Assembly: GCF_963921235.1 (NCBI RefSeq)
Contig: NC_086097.1
Location: forward strand, 114,082,001 to 114,146,000
Reading direction: 5' to 3'
From: Mobula hypostoma
Taxonomy: Eukaryota
DNA: 64,000 nt
Shown: positions 1 to 12,605 of the stretch, one piece after another
How the letters are laid out: each line of letters opens with the position of its first letter
Position numbering within the stretch: position 1 is the first letter of the stretch
The notes under the pieces: generated by a model
Seen by the model: only the letters and a program-made list of their open reading frames with translations
Databases searched by the model: none
What the model was told of the DNA's origin: nothing
Position numbers and translations under genes: made by a program

Positions 1-204
1 AATTTATTCCCTCTTAGATCTGCAACCAGTACTTTCTGAAAGTCCTGGCTGAATCTTTTTCCATCGTCCTTACAGGTAGTGAGTTTCAATTGATAAGCAT
101 TCTGCGCAAGAAAGCTTTTCTTCACTCTTCTCCTCTCTCCTTTGCCCATCACTTTGCTTCTTGCTTCCCTGGTTCACCAATGACATGCAAAAGGGTATCC
201 TTTC

Positions 205-466
205 TATCATGGAGTTGGAAGACTGTGTGGGTGGGTGGGTGAACGGAAGGGAGGGTGCAAAGGAAGAAAGGGGCTTGTTTTGCTGTTGTTTTGTTGCTTG
301 TTATGTTCCGTGTGGCTCTGCTGAGCATTCGGGGCATGTCACGTGATGCTAGAATGTGTAACAGCACTTGCGAGCTATCCCCACCACGTTCCTAGGTGTG
401 TTGGTTGTTAAGGCAAACAACACAATTCTTTGTATATTTTGATGTACATGTGACAAATAAAGCTAA
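205..466 (+). repeat. Unclassified interspersed SINE-like repeat
   Basis: Homologous copies at about 45450-45680 (-), 49680-49860, 17755-17830 and 58090-58210; ends in gatgtacatgtgacaaataaagctaa. Confidence 0.6.
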
Positions 467-939
467 GTTTTATATTTATCTTTAGACATTGTGATTATTC
501 TACATTTATAATAATTTTTAAATGACCAACAGATCTGAGCTGGAGCGATAGGTCTATAGGAAAGCAAAAATGGATTGTGCAGCATTCAGGATCAATTTAT
601 TTCCTACCTTTGTCTACCAATCCAATATACTACTTTCTATTGCACGTGAAACTCATTCATTTTTAAAGGTAGAATCATTCTGTTCTAGATTAAAGATGGA
701 GTAATATATGTAAAGTTTCTAGGAAGAATTCTTTCCGAGTCAAAGATTTCATTAAATATTGAATGTGAAAGCTGGAGACACGCACACAAATGCATTTGTG
801 AGTCTGACCTAACACTCTGTAGATGGATTCATCTGGGCTCTGTGGGCATTAAAATTTCAAAATAATCGTTATGGATGCCCAGAGAGAAAAATACTGCCAA
901 TGTAACAAATCTACTCTGATCAAGGCAGTCACATCATTG

Positions 940-1290
940 ACCATAGAGCAATACAGCACACTACAGCCCCTTCGGCCTATGATGTTATGCCGACCTTTTA
1001 ACCTACTCTAAGTTCAATCTAACCCTTCCCTCCTATATAACCCTCCATTTTTCTATGTGCCTATCTTAGATGTCCATAATCTATCTGCCTCTATCACCAT
1101 ACCTGGCAGGGTGTTTTACACACGCTCCACTGAATTACCTCTGGCATCCCCCTATACTTGCGCCCATTCACCTTAAAATTATGCTTTCTCCTATTAGCCA
1201 TTTGGCCCTGGGAGAAAGTCTCTGTCTATCCACTTGATCTATGCCTCTTATCATCTTGTGGACCTCTGTCAAGTCACTTTTCAACCTCCT
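940..1290 (-). mobile_element. CR1 LINE 3' fragment
   Basis: Same 3' UTR as the many other CR1 ends in the window (atagagcaatacagcac...cccttcggcc). Confidence 0.65.
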
Positions 1291-1631
1291 TCAGTTTAGA
1301 GGGTTATGGAAAATGTTTGCTCTGTGGTAGCATCTATGATAGTGCAGAAGGCTGGGCTTTGGATCCTTGAGGCTATGGGACCTCTAATGGGGAGACTGAA
1401 ATCTACATAGGCCAGTTAGTTGCACTCCAAGACTAATAACATCATAGAGGATTTTGCTGCTGGTGTCGGGGAGGCTTTACATGAGTTTGGCACTGGGAAA
1501 GGAAATTTAACTATGAAAGGCAAGAGCAAAATAACATGAAAACAGGAGTTTGTAAATGAGCCTGGAAGACAGAGGAATGAATTGGAAAACAGTGAGAAAA
1601 AAGCTGGGAAGAAGCATTTTTTTCCATATTT

Positions 1632-2170
1632 GAGAAGAGGTGAGGGCAGCATCAATGGTAGAGAAAGGGAAACTCCATTCTTTGAAGAAGGAAGACATCT
1701 CAGATGTTCTGGAATGGAAAGTCTCAGCCTGAGAAAAGATGTAACGGAGACAGAGGAATAAAAAAAATACAGAATAGCATTTTTATAAGTGACAGGGTGG
1801 GATGAAGTACAATGAAGATGCTTACCCACAGCTCCTCCATTTCCTGGACATATCTCAACATATACCCTCAACATATCTTCCCGTTGTCATGATATTAATA
1901 GAGTTCCCCTTGTCCTTACCTACCAACACATGAGCCTCAGCATCCAGCACATCATTCTTCATAACTTCCACCATCTTCAGTGGAATCCTACCAATAAGCA
2001 ATCTTTCCCTTCCACCCACCTCCACATTCTCCATTTTCTGCAGGGATCGCTCTTTCCATGACTCCCTTCTTCATACGTCATTCCCCACCGATCTCCCTCC
2101 TGACACTTATCTCTGCAAGCGGGACAAATGCTACACCAGCCCCTATACCTCCTCCCACACCACCATTCAG
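1632..2170. mobile_element. Penelope-like element fragment with internal inversion (minus about 1632-1820, plus about 1821-2170)
   Basis: Minus part translates SSHPVTYKNAI and MSSFFKEWSFPFSTIDAALT, matching the Penelope ORF at 19892-20437; plus part matches the next downstream Penelope segment. Confidence 0.7.
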
Positions 2171-2484
2171 TGTCAGGACTGCACAGGCAGGCACCTCTCA
2201 GTCTCCATCCAGTTAACAGGAATCACCTGGCACTCCTTTCCAACTCATCACCTGCAGCCTATTTAAACCGAGCTCCCACCTACAATCCTTGTTCACTCAA
2301 ATTAAACAACCAGCCTCAACCAGTTGCTCCTAGCTTCTGTTAACCTTGTTGCCTTGCTGTGTTGAGAACCAGTTCTCCCTTGTTTTGTGATCTCTCATAG
2401 CTTATTATTTTGCAGTTTCTTATTAAAGTTATTGCTCACTGCTAAATCACCTCTGCTGCTCTGCATTTGGGTCAAGCCTCGACA
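2171..2484 (+). mobile_element. LTR of a Ty3/Gypsy element
   Basis: TGTCAGG...CGACA termini, TATTTAAA box and ATTAAA signal; followed by gag and protease remnants; a homologous LTR 3' part lies at 60779-60925 (-). Confidence 0.75.
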
Positions 2485-2609
2485 TTAGTTCAGGATCCAG
2501 AAGCAACAGGAAATCATTAACCAGCTTCTCACCATTCTCTTCCAAATCTGTCTTGATACAGAAGTCTCATGACAGTCAATGTCTTCTCTCTAAGCCCTGG
2601 ATTCCAGTG

Positions 2610-3252
2610 CCCAAATGCTTGAAGGATTATCAATGCAATGCTGCATTCTCCGGTCTCAGAGTGTCTTACACTTCGAGCTCCAGTCATCTCTGTATTCTAT
2701 AGACCAAGCCAAGATTGCCTTTGTCACCTCTCTCTCTCACGATGGGATGAGCTCTGACCTGGGCCACTGCTAAAAGGGATAATAAAACCACCATTTCCCA
2801 TAAATAGGAATTTATTGCTGAGATGTGCTGGGTTGTCAACAATTCAGAAAGCGGAAAAGGGCAGCAAATTGGATACTTCACTTGCATTAAAGGAAGGCTG
2901 TGTCCGGGAAATGGCACCATCAGATAAAGATGAGGGGCCTTCTATCTGGTAAGCTCCCTCCAGCGTCTGATTCCAGAACCATAGCCCAACTCACTGTCTA
3001 TGTCCTCCTCCACACCCCGACAGCTCTATATACATAGGAAATTCTGGTGGATTCCCATTCAACTGGTAATTGTCTGGCCCGGATTCTGTATGGGTAGCTT
3101 GGACAGTCTACTAAGCTTATCTCTCACCTCTTCTGCATCACCACCATTAGTGGACATTTCTTGGGGTCTGGGATGGTCAAAGCGCTCGCACCGCCTGTGT
3201 ACATCAGCATTGGAGAGCACCGTGAGTCCATCCAATTCCTCCTGATTGACTC
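2610..3252 (+). pseudogene. Decayed Ty3/Gypsy (Sushi/chromovirus-like) gag and aspartic protease
   Basis: Manual translation gives HFELQSSLYSIDQAKIAFVTSL..ALTWATA and EFIAEM (retrotransposon gag), then EILVDSHSTGNCLARI...SGHFLGSGMV...ISIGEHRESIQFLLIDS (degenerate DSG protease). Confidence 0.75.
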
Positions 3253-4084
3253 TAGGCGAGGCTACAGGACAGAACAAGAGACTCCTGGGCAAGACGAGGG
3301 AACTCCTGGACAGGATGAGAACACGAAGCCTTGACTTGGTACTCAGGAACCTCAAAACCTTGGTAAACTTGGGAGACAGGAACGCAGAACACAGAGCCTT
3401 GGTAATCTTGGGAGACAGGAACGCAGAACACAGAGCCTTGGTAATCTTGTGAGACAGGAACTCAGAGCCTTGGACGAGGACTGGATGCTTGGAGCTTTGG
3501 ACGAGGACTGGATGCTCAGATCCTTGCACTTGAGAGACAGGAACATGGAACACAGAGCCGGGACCCCTCCATGGGAACAGGAATTAGGGCCAGGACTCGT
3601 ACATGGGACACAGAGCCAGGACCCCTCCTTGAGAACAGGACTTGGGGCCGGGGCTCTACACAGAATGCCGAACAAGACGAGACGGTTCTCAACACTAAGT
3701 AGCGGCAAACAGCCGGACCTACCTAGCGAAGGCGTGGACCCAGAGACAGTTCCGAACACTAGGTAGCAGCAAATGGCCAGACCTACCTAGTGAAGGCGTG
3801 AACACAGAGACAGTTCAAAACAATGATAGACAGTTCCTTATTTTGCTCCAGCAGTTGAACTTGACAGCAGTGCAGACGAAGTTTGCAGGTGAGGGTTACA
3901 GGTGAGGCAAGGCTTCAGACACAGGTTGCAGGGCAAGGCTTGAGGAGGAAGGTGAAGGGAGGGGAAGGGAACAGTCCAGCAACTGAAGCTTCTTCTTCCT
4001 CCTTGAGTTTTTATGGCAGTTGGCATCCACACTGTTGCATTACTACCATCTTCAGGATTTATTGTACCTCATTTTCCATTCACT

Positions 4085-7000
4085 TTAAAGTCGTTTTTCC
4101 AGTCCCGTCGCCCTTAAAACACCAAACAACCATTTCCTCCCCTGATCACTCTCCCCACATTCCAATAAACCTTTAACACTGTTCTCTACCAGTCCTATTT
4201 TGCGTAATTGCTGTAACATTTGTTGCCTTTCCTGTGCAAATTTCCTGCATGAAATAGGGATATGCTCTACTGTTTCAGTCTCCTGACATAGATCGCAAAA
4301 ACCTGTTGGATGTTTATTTATGATGGCCAGAGTACCATTAAGGTTGCTGTGCCCAATTCTCAGTCTACTTATGATTACTTGCTCCTTCCGCTTTACTCCC
4401 CTACTTCTTCCCATATCTACTCTGTTCTGAATTGAATGTAAATGTCTTCCTTTTATTGCTCTATCCCAATGCTGCTGCCACTGTTGATTTATCCTTCTCC
4501 ACACTATGCTCTTCCCCTCTGATTTTGATAGCTTAATAATGACTGCTATAGATCCTTTTTTGACTGCTGCTTTTGCCAGCCCATCTGCTGTCTCATTTCC
4601 CATAATACCCAAATGTGCTGGAACCCACATGAATGCGATATTTTTGCCTTGTCTAGCCAGTCTCGAATTTGCAAACAGGATTTCATAAAGCAGATCCTGG
4701 TGACCTCTAGCTGTACCCACCTTAATGCTTGCAAGGGCCGATATAGAATTGCTACATATCACAATATTATTACAATCAACCTGCTCACTCCATTCTAGTT
4801 TAACAATATGGCAAACATTTCAACTGCATATACACTCAAGCAATTAGGTGTTCTCTTGCTAATTTCCACTCGATAACTTGGTACAACAATTGCAGACCCT
4901 ATTGCACCTGTTTCTGGATCCTTTGATCCATCTGTAAAAATCTATATGCCTTTATATTTACATTCCCTATAACTATGATATTCACTGAGTATATCAGCCG
5001 TCTTATTACTGTGTTCAATCTTAAGCAATTCCAAATCTACGGAGGGATTTTCTAATACCGAGAAATGTCTGACAGGCTACACCACACTTGAACAAAACTC
5101 TTTATCGTATACACCCATATCTTTTGCTGTTTGCTCTCCTGTCCAGCCAAAACTTTCTTTTTGTGTCCTCTCCTTCTCCCAGCATGTCTGCAACACCCTT
5201 TCTGTAGGATGGCTATCACCATGCCCTCTTAATTTAATTCAGTAATTAGCCACAGCCCCAATGGCATTTCATTTGCTTCAATCTGGAGTGCACACACTGG
5301 GGAAGTTCTAACCGCTCCCCAGCACACCATTAGAGCCCGAGGTTGCATGATATCCAGTTCTGCTAGCGCAGATTTTGCTGCTGACCCATATACAATACTT
5401 CCATAGTCTAATCTTGATCTTATTAATGCTACATAAATATAATTCAGTGATGCAAAATCGGCACCCCATTCCAATCCAGCAAGACACCTCATGACATTTA
5501 TCACATTTTTACATTTAGTAACTACATATCTAACATGTTCTTTCCATGTTAATCTCAAGTCAACGTGCACTCCCAAAAAACGAAAACTTTCAACTCTCAA
5601 GCAACACACATCAAGGTTGCTGGTGAACGCAGCAGGCCAGGCAGCATCTCCAGCATCCGCAGACTTCCTCGTGTTTGCGAACTTTCAACCCTCTCCAGGT
5701 TACTTTCATACAGATTCAAATTAAGTCCCTGAACGTTTTCCTTGTAAAGAACATGGCTTTTGTCTTCTCCACTGAAAATTTAACACCCCACTTTGTCCCC
5801 CACTCTTCAACTTGATTAATTCTACCTTGCATTTCCGTAACTATATGTTCAATATTTCTCCCTCTTTTCCACAAAGCCCCATCATCTGCAAACAATGACC
5901 TCCCCACTTCCGTTGGAATATTTGTGAATGTATCATTTATCAAAATGAAGAATAAAATTGGACTCACTACACTCCCCTGAGGCATCCCGTTTTCTACAAC
6001 ATACTGGCTTGATAGCTCTGATCCTATCCTCACCTGAATAGTTCTCCCGTTTAAGAAGTCCTTAACCCAATTGAACATCCCCCCCGCCCCGATTCCCATT
6101 AAATGTAGATTGATTAGGAGACCCTCTTTCCATAACGTATCATAAGCTTTCTCAACATCAAAAAAAACTGCAACCACTGTCTCTTTATTTACTTGAGCTT
6201 TTCTTATTTTATCCTCTAGACACAACACTGGATCCATAGTATTCCTTCCTTTCCTGAACCCGCTTTGATACGTAGCCACCATACTTCTACTTTCCAAGAA
6301 GTACACTAACCTCTCATTTATCATACCTTCCATAAGTTTACATACATGTGACATCAAGGTAATTGGCCTGTACTTTCCTAACCTGCTGGCGTCTTTCCCA
6401 GGTTTCCTTATTGGAATAATTATTGCCTCTTTCCAGCTCCCTGGTATTCTCCCTTCATCCCAGACTTTGTTATACAGAAGTAGTAGTTTCTCCAGACTTC
6501 CTTCACTCAAGTGCTTTATCATACCATAACATATTTCATCTTTACCTGGTGCAATCTTTCCTGTTTTAACTAGTGCCTTTCTTAATCTCCCATGCTGGAA
6601 GGGACATCTGGCACACCGTCAAGGTTAGTTTTCCTACATAAAGCCTCCATATTTTCAGCTTTTGTTCTCTCTACCTCTTCTTCCCTTCTCAGACAAATTA
6701 TTGGAACTATGTACCATAACAAAAGTGTTTGCCAACGACTCTGCCTTTTCCTTATTTGTTACTGCAGTTACATTTCCATCAACCAGAATTGGGTACCTCC
6801 ACTCTCTCCTGTCCCCTCCCATCCTTTTTATCATCCCCCACACCTCTCCTACTTGAGTTGTGTTTCCGATTGAATCACAGTACTTTCTCCAGTGCGTCCT
6901 TTTAGCATGTTTTATAGTCCTCCTTACTACTGCCTGAGCTTGTTTGTACTGAATCATATGTTAGAAGTTATGAGTTCTTTTAACCAGTTTAAATGTCTTA

Positions 7001-7915
7001 TTTCTATTTCTCACTGCTTCCTTACAATTATCATCCCACCATGGTATTATTCTCTTCTTTATTCTTCCTTTACTTTTAGGAATGGATTCTAATGCAGCTG
7101 ATATTATACCTTGTTTTAATATGCTGTCAAGTGTTTCTACATCCATTCCATCACTGACCTGACTTATATATCTATCACTTTTTTCCAGAAACTTCTCCCA
7201 ATTGACTTTCTCAAGGATCCATTTCCCACCTGTATTCTCTGTGACCAATGAGGTAGAAATATTTATCTTGCACCAGATTGGGTAATGATCACTCCCTACA
7301 GTTCCTTCTTGGTACACTAACCAATCACACACTGATGCAATGGAGTTTGATACTAATGTAAGATCAAGCACAGATTCTTTACCTGTATTAATATCAATTC
7401 TAGTACTACTGCCATCATTTAGGCACACTAAATAGTTCTCATCTAGCAACTCCTCTATTACCTGACCATTGATGTCTGTTCTGTCACTCCCCCATAATAC
7501 ATTATGTCCATTAAAATCATCACACCAAACAACATTACTTCTATTCAGCCCTTTTATCTCCTCAAGCTTGTTTAACTCTAGTCTTTTGCATGGATTATAA
7601 GAATTCACAATCACCAACTCTTTCGTTTCAGCCCATACTTTTATTACCACTTACTCTTGTTCACTTCCTATACCTAGTATTCTATAAGGAATACCTTGTT
7701 TTATATAAATTGCACATCCTCCTCCTCCCCCCTCTCTCCTGTTTCACCTTACAGCCACATAACCATACAAAACAAAATCCAAATTAGGCTTTAACCAGGT
7801 TTCCTGGATACACACAACATCTGGCTTTTCTCTCCTACTAGCTATAAACTGCTTGAAATCTTGTCCATTAGCAATCAGGCTTCTTGCATTCCACTGAAGT
7901 AGTAAATTTATTAGT
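4085..7915 (-). pseudogene. LINE ORF2: AP endonuclease, reverse transcriptase, RNase H, C-terminal Zn finger; disrupted
   Basis: LQWNARSL/CIQETWL/GSDHYPI (APE); YRPITL, GMPQGSVVSP, LFADD (RT); IFTDGSK near 4940 and WVPAHLGIMGNETADGLAK (RNase H); CDLCQETETVEH..SC. Confidence 0.9.
5599..5679. mobile_element. 81-bp Penelope terminal-repeat-derived insertion inside the LINE RT
   Basis: Flanked by AACTTTCAACTCTC (5585-5598) and AACTTTCAACCCTC (5680-5693); sequence matches Penelope pLTR ends elsewhere in the window. Confidence 0.75.
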
Positions 7916-7919
7916 AATA

Positions 7920-9093
7920 TCAACACACACATACTGCCTCTTGACTTGACTGTACCCTGAGTTCATTGTTTACTTCTTCCCATTTTAATCCTATCATACC
8001 CAAACGGTGCTCTGCAGCTTTCACAATAATCTGAATCCTTTCAGTTTTAGATTTGATCTCATAAGTTGTGTTTACCACTCCTGTTATAAAGGTCACCAAT
8101 TTCTTCTTCTCTATCCATGCATTCTTCTTATCTTGCCTTTCTTTAGCTGCCGCTTGCTCTTTGCGACATCCTCCCTCATTCATTTTCTTCTGTCCTGCCA
8201 ACTTGACTGCCTCAGCATATGAGACTTTTTCCTTCACCCTGATCTGCTGCACCTCCACCTCTTTTTTTCAACACTTCACATCCCCAGTACGCTACACTAT
8301 GTTTACCTCCACAATTACAGCACTTTGGTCTCACTCTGTCTCCACATTTTCCATATTCATGTTCCCCACCACACCTTGCACATCTTCCCTTTCCTTTGCA
8401 CACTTTGGCCACATGCCCAAACTCCTGGCAATTGAAACAGCTCATAGGTTTTGATATATATTCTCTTACAGTGTATCTGAGAAATCCAAAATATAACTCC
8501 TTTGGAGGCACCATATCCTCAAATTCTACCAGAACAGTTTCAGTCTCCCTTTTCTTTGCTCCCCTTGTCATTCTTTTCACACTCTTCACTGAACCATTCC
8601 TCACTCTCAAGTTCTCCACTATCTCCTTCATATTAACACTGAGGGGAACCCCGGAGATCACCCCCTTGCAACTATTGACCCTTTGTGCTCCAAATCTTAC
8701 AACCCTGGACACTTTGACTTTCCCAACATTAGTCACCTTCATTGCCTTCTCCATCTGCTCTTCAGCTTTACATCCTATCAGCAGGTTTCTAACTCCTAAA
8801 ATTCTTGCATGGTTCACTTCCCCTACCTGCCCTCTGATAATTTTTGTCAGCTTAAGCGGGTTGATTTTATTTACTCCCCCTTCCTCCTCAAATCTTACCA
8901 TTACATTTAGCAATTTTGCCCTCGGGCCCTTCTCCTCAACTTCTCTTCCCTCACTTTCCAATCCACCTACCCTAGACCCACCTCCTTTCTTTCTCTTCCA
9001 AACCTTCACCTTCCTGTTCTTAGTCTCTCTCCCCACCCCTTCCTACTCAAACTCCATGCTGTTGCTGTCACCATCAGCCTCCCTCCCTGCCAT
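7920..9093 (-). pseudogene. LINE ORF1 (gag-like, three CCHC-type zinc knuckles); one stop and one frameshift
   Basis: ATG at 9093 is in frame with ORF 8212-9036; CFNCQEFGHVAKVC, CARCGGEHEYGKC, CCNCGGKHSVAYWGC; continues in ORF 7920-8258 (VSYAEAVK). Confidence 0.85.
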
Positions 9094-10039
9094 CTTATCA
9101 GAGTTTGCAAGGAACTGTGTGCGAATATCGTTCCGGACCTATACAGGCCATCAGTCAATATTCCCAAAGGATGTCCCCCACAACACCCCAGCAGTTCCAG
9201 CACCTCAGTCTCATCCAGAAACCATGAGCAGCAACCAGCCAATGTCCAACCGCCAGCCGGAACTCAGCCAGCACTCTGCCAGCCAGCAACTGAAGCTGAA
9301 CCAAGGTGCTATTTGAGTAGCCAGCCCAAAATGTGAATAAACTGCCTCAGTTAGAGCACCCAACAGTAAAAGGGAAAACCAGAAAACCTGGAATAAGGAA
9401 CGATGGACCGGACCATGGACTGGAATCCGGACTTCATGGACCAGGCCATGGACTGGAATCCGGACTTCATGGACCAGACCATGACAGGAATAGAGATAAG
9501 GAGGAATTTCTTTGGTTAGAGGATGGTGACTCTGTGGAATTCATTGCCACAGACGGCTGTGAAGGCCAAGTCACTGAGTATATTTAACGTGGATGTCGAT
9601 AGGTTCTTGATTAGTCAGGGCGTCAAAGGTTTTGGGGGTGAATGCAGCTGAATGGGATTGAGGGGAATAATAAATCAGCCAAATTGGACTGGCAGAGTGG
9701 ACTCGATGGGCTGAATAGCCAAATTCAGATTCAACAGTATGTCTTATGATCTTCCATTCCAGTCTAATGATAGGTCCCAGCCTGCAGCGTTGACTGTTTT
9801 TTTTCTCTTCTCCACAGAGGCTGAGTTCCTCTAGCATCTTGTGTGTGTGGTACACTGCATTTCCAGCATCTGCACAATCTCTTGCATTTAAGAAAGCAAA
9901 AGGTAACTTGAGGTAATGCTGAGTGATACAGGTATTGCAATTAATATGTAATGCATTTTGTATTGCCTGTACGGACTGAATATGCAAAGTAATTAAAGGT
10001 GACCTTGAAAATGCTGGTGTACAGGGGGAACTTCGGGTG

Positions 10040-10512
10040 CAAATGCATGGTTTCCTGAAATTGGCAACACTTGCTGAAAAGGGTAGTGAAGAAAGCGTTT
10101 AGCTTGCTTCTCTTCATATGCAGGGTTATTGAATATAGGAGCCGGGACATAATGTTGCACCTGTGCAAAATATCAGTTACGCCACACTCTGAATATTTTA
10201 GACTCTTCTGGTCACCACACTATAGCAAGTATGTTCTAGTGCTTGAAAGAGTGCAGAAGAGATCCACCAGAATGTAGTCTGGAATGGAGGACTTTAGTTA
10301 CAAGGAGAGATTGGATAGGAGGGAATGGTGCTCACTGGAGCACAGGAGGGTGATGGTTGACCTTATAGAGATTTATAAAACCAAGAGGGCCGTAGACAGT
10401 GTAGATAGTGTTTTTTCAAGGGTAGGAAAGTCTAAAACTAGAGGACATAGTTGTAAGGTGAGAAGGGAAATGCTTCAACAAGGTCTGAGGGGCAATTTTT
10501 CACACAAAGGAT
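10040..10512 (+). mobile_element. CR1 LINE ORF2 3' fragment
   Basis: Translates to LERVQKRSTRM, YKERLDR, DLIEIYK, KTRGHSCKV (CR1 ORF2 C-terminus). Confidence 0.8.
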
Positions 10513-11732
10513 AATGCACCACTATTGGTAAAGGAAGTTGTCCTGGTTTCATGAATCTTTTGCCCATCACCGTTTTACTGAAAGCAAAATAAACATGTTA
10601 ATTGTGATCCAAATAGCAATTAAACAGTGAGAAATATGTCACTGGAGTTGGAGGATTTGATGGTGAAACTGGACTTTTTAATTTTGTTTAAAAGTCTAGA
10701 CATTTTGTTAAAGACTGAAATGACTGCTTCAAAACTCTGTGTATCTAAATCTTTCTTTAAGGGACCTGAAATTAGCCGTAACACCCATCTGTGGCTGACC
10801 AAGACTTTTGTGAAGATTCTGTGCCTTTCTCCATAAATCCTATGTTATCACAATATATCCTGTTACTTTTGAAGATGGCGTGCAAATCCTGTGGAACTGT
10901 GTTATTTAATTCAAATTGTCTCCTCTTGTTTATTCTGTCAAAATATATCATTCAACAATTCTCTTCTCATCCATCTCACAGTTTTAGGCAATTGGCAGAA
11001 GAACTAAAAGAAAGATGACAAGAAAAAATTTGAGACAGGAATCGTCACTACATTTCGAAAGCATCTGGATGAGCAGCTGAAGAGCCCCATTACCCACCAG
11101 GCAATTGGCTGGCAGCTAGGGAATTGAATTAAACTGAACTCTCTTTATGGCAGCATTAACATGATAGGTCAAGTGGCCTCCTGTGCTGCAAATTTCTGTG
11201 ATCCTGTGAGAGTGCTATGGCTATTGTCAACAGGCAAGTGTAATGTTGAATTCATACCAGTGAGGAAAATGAGAAGATTGCTGGAAAAGTTACTGGGGGG
11301 TGCAGGGATGGCTTTAAATGTAAGTGTAGATATGATGCATTGAATGGTTGGATTAAATATAGAAATGTGGAAGCTGAGCACAATAACGAATGCCAGTAAC
11401 ATGATGAAGGATACCAGTCACCCTGCAGCTGGACTATTATCAGGGAGAAGGCTACGTAGCATCCATGTCAGGATCACCAGAGTCAGTTACTTTCCTCAAG
11501 CATTAAGGCCGATCCACTCCTCCACCAACTAACCCACCCCTCCACACCCACCAACCCTACTATGTCATTTCCTGTCAGTCATCTTATGTACAGACACTGC
11601 TGTGTCTTGCATCACTTTATGGGCATACAAGCTATCTTATGTATTTATATTTATTGTGTTTTGTTTATAATTCTTTATCTTATTGTGTTTCTTTTTGTGG
11701 TGCATTGGATCCAGAGTAACAATTATTTTGGT

Positions 11733-12132
11733 CAAAGCAACACACTCAAAATACTGAAGGAATTCAGCAGGTCAGGCGGCATCTATGGAAACAGATAGTT
11801 GATGTTTAGGGCCAAGACCCTTTTTCAGGACTGAGAAAGAAAGAGGAAGATGCTAGAATAAAAACCTGGAAGGGAAGGAACCTAGCTGGAAAGTGATGGG
11901 TGAAGCCAGCTGGGTGGGAAAGGTCAAGGACTAGAGAAGAAGGAATCTGACAGGAGAGGAGAGTGGACAATAGGAGAAAGGGAAGAAGAAGGGAGACCCC
12001 GGGGGAAGTAATAGGCAGGTGAGAAAAGATAAAAGGTCAGAGTGGGGAATAGAGGAAGTGTGAAGTTTGGAAAATTAGGTTAGTGGAAAGAGAAATCAAT
12101 ATTCATGCTTTCAGTTTGGAGGCTACCCAACC
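11733..12132 (-). mobile_element. Penelope pseudo-LTR fragment
   Basis: Homologous to the pLTRs at 18966 and 56105; decayed hammerhead motif at 11796-11833. Confidence 0.75.
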
Positions 12133-12434
12133 GTTAATGCTTGTATGCTGGAAATGACATTAAACAATTTTGAATCTTCAATCTTGGATACTGAGGACAG
12201 GTGATGGAAAGACAAGAAAAAAGTATCAGGAGTCAGAGTCAGTGTCTGGGTGGTAGAAAGATTTAAAGTTAAAGATGGAGCTAGAATTTGGAAGCTGATA
12301 TAGTAACTGAGTTATTAATAGTGAGCACTAGTCATAGTCCACAACCAGTAACTCCTCCTATACATCATTATATATGGACATAAAATTTGAAGAATGGATA
12401 GGAATACATTCAATTAACACAAAGCAATGTTTTA

Positions 12435-12605
<171 letters not shown>

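Larger units (their letters stand above)
3991..9282 (-). mobile_element. Near full-length Nimb/I-clade non-LTR retrotransposon (about 5.3 kb)
   Basis: 15-bp TSD CCAGCAACTGAAGCT at 3976-3990 and 9283-9297; (GAA)n-type 3' tail; gag-like ORF1 and APE-RT-RNase H ORF2. Confidence 0.9.
3253..9486 (-). mobile_element. LTR-like element (family B) split by the LINE insertion: 3253-3990 and 9283-9486
   Basis: Minus strand begins TGTCATGGTCTGGTCCATGAAGTC at 9486, homologous to 32370 (+); sequence is contiguous across the LINE TSD; contains 39-bp tandem units at about 3358-3470. Confidence 0.7.

Noticed and set aside
2610..2930. Domesticated gag gene (PEG10/RTL-like)
   Set aside because: Frameshifts and stops, and still attached to an LTR; a decayed retrotransposon.
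8396..9316. 306-aa plus-strand ORF
   Set aside because: Antisense shadow of the purine-rich LINE ORF1, where stops are compositionally rare; no domain motifs.
10620..11340. Candidate terminal exon of the kinase gene
   Set aside because: Minus-strand translations examined show no similarity to the FAM69 C-terminus.
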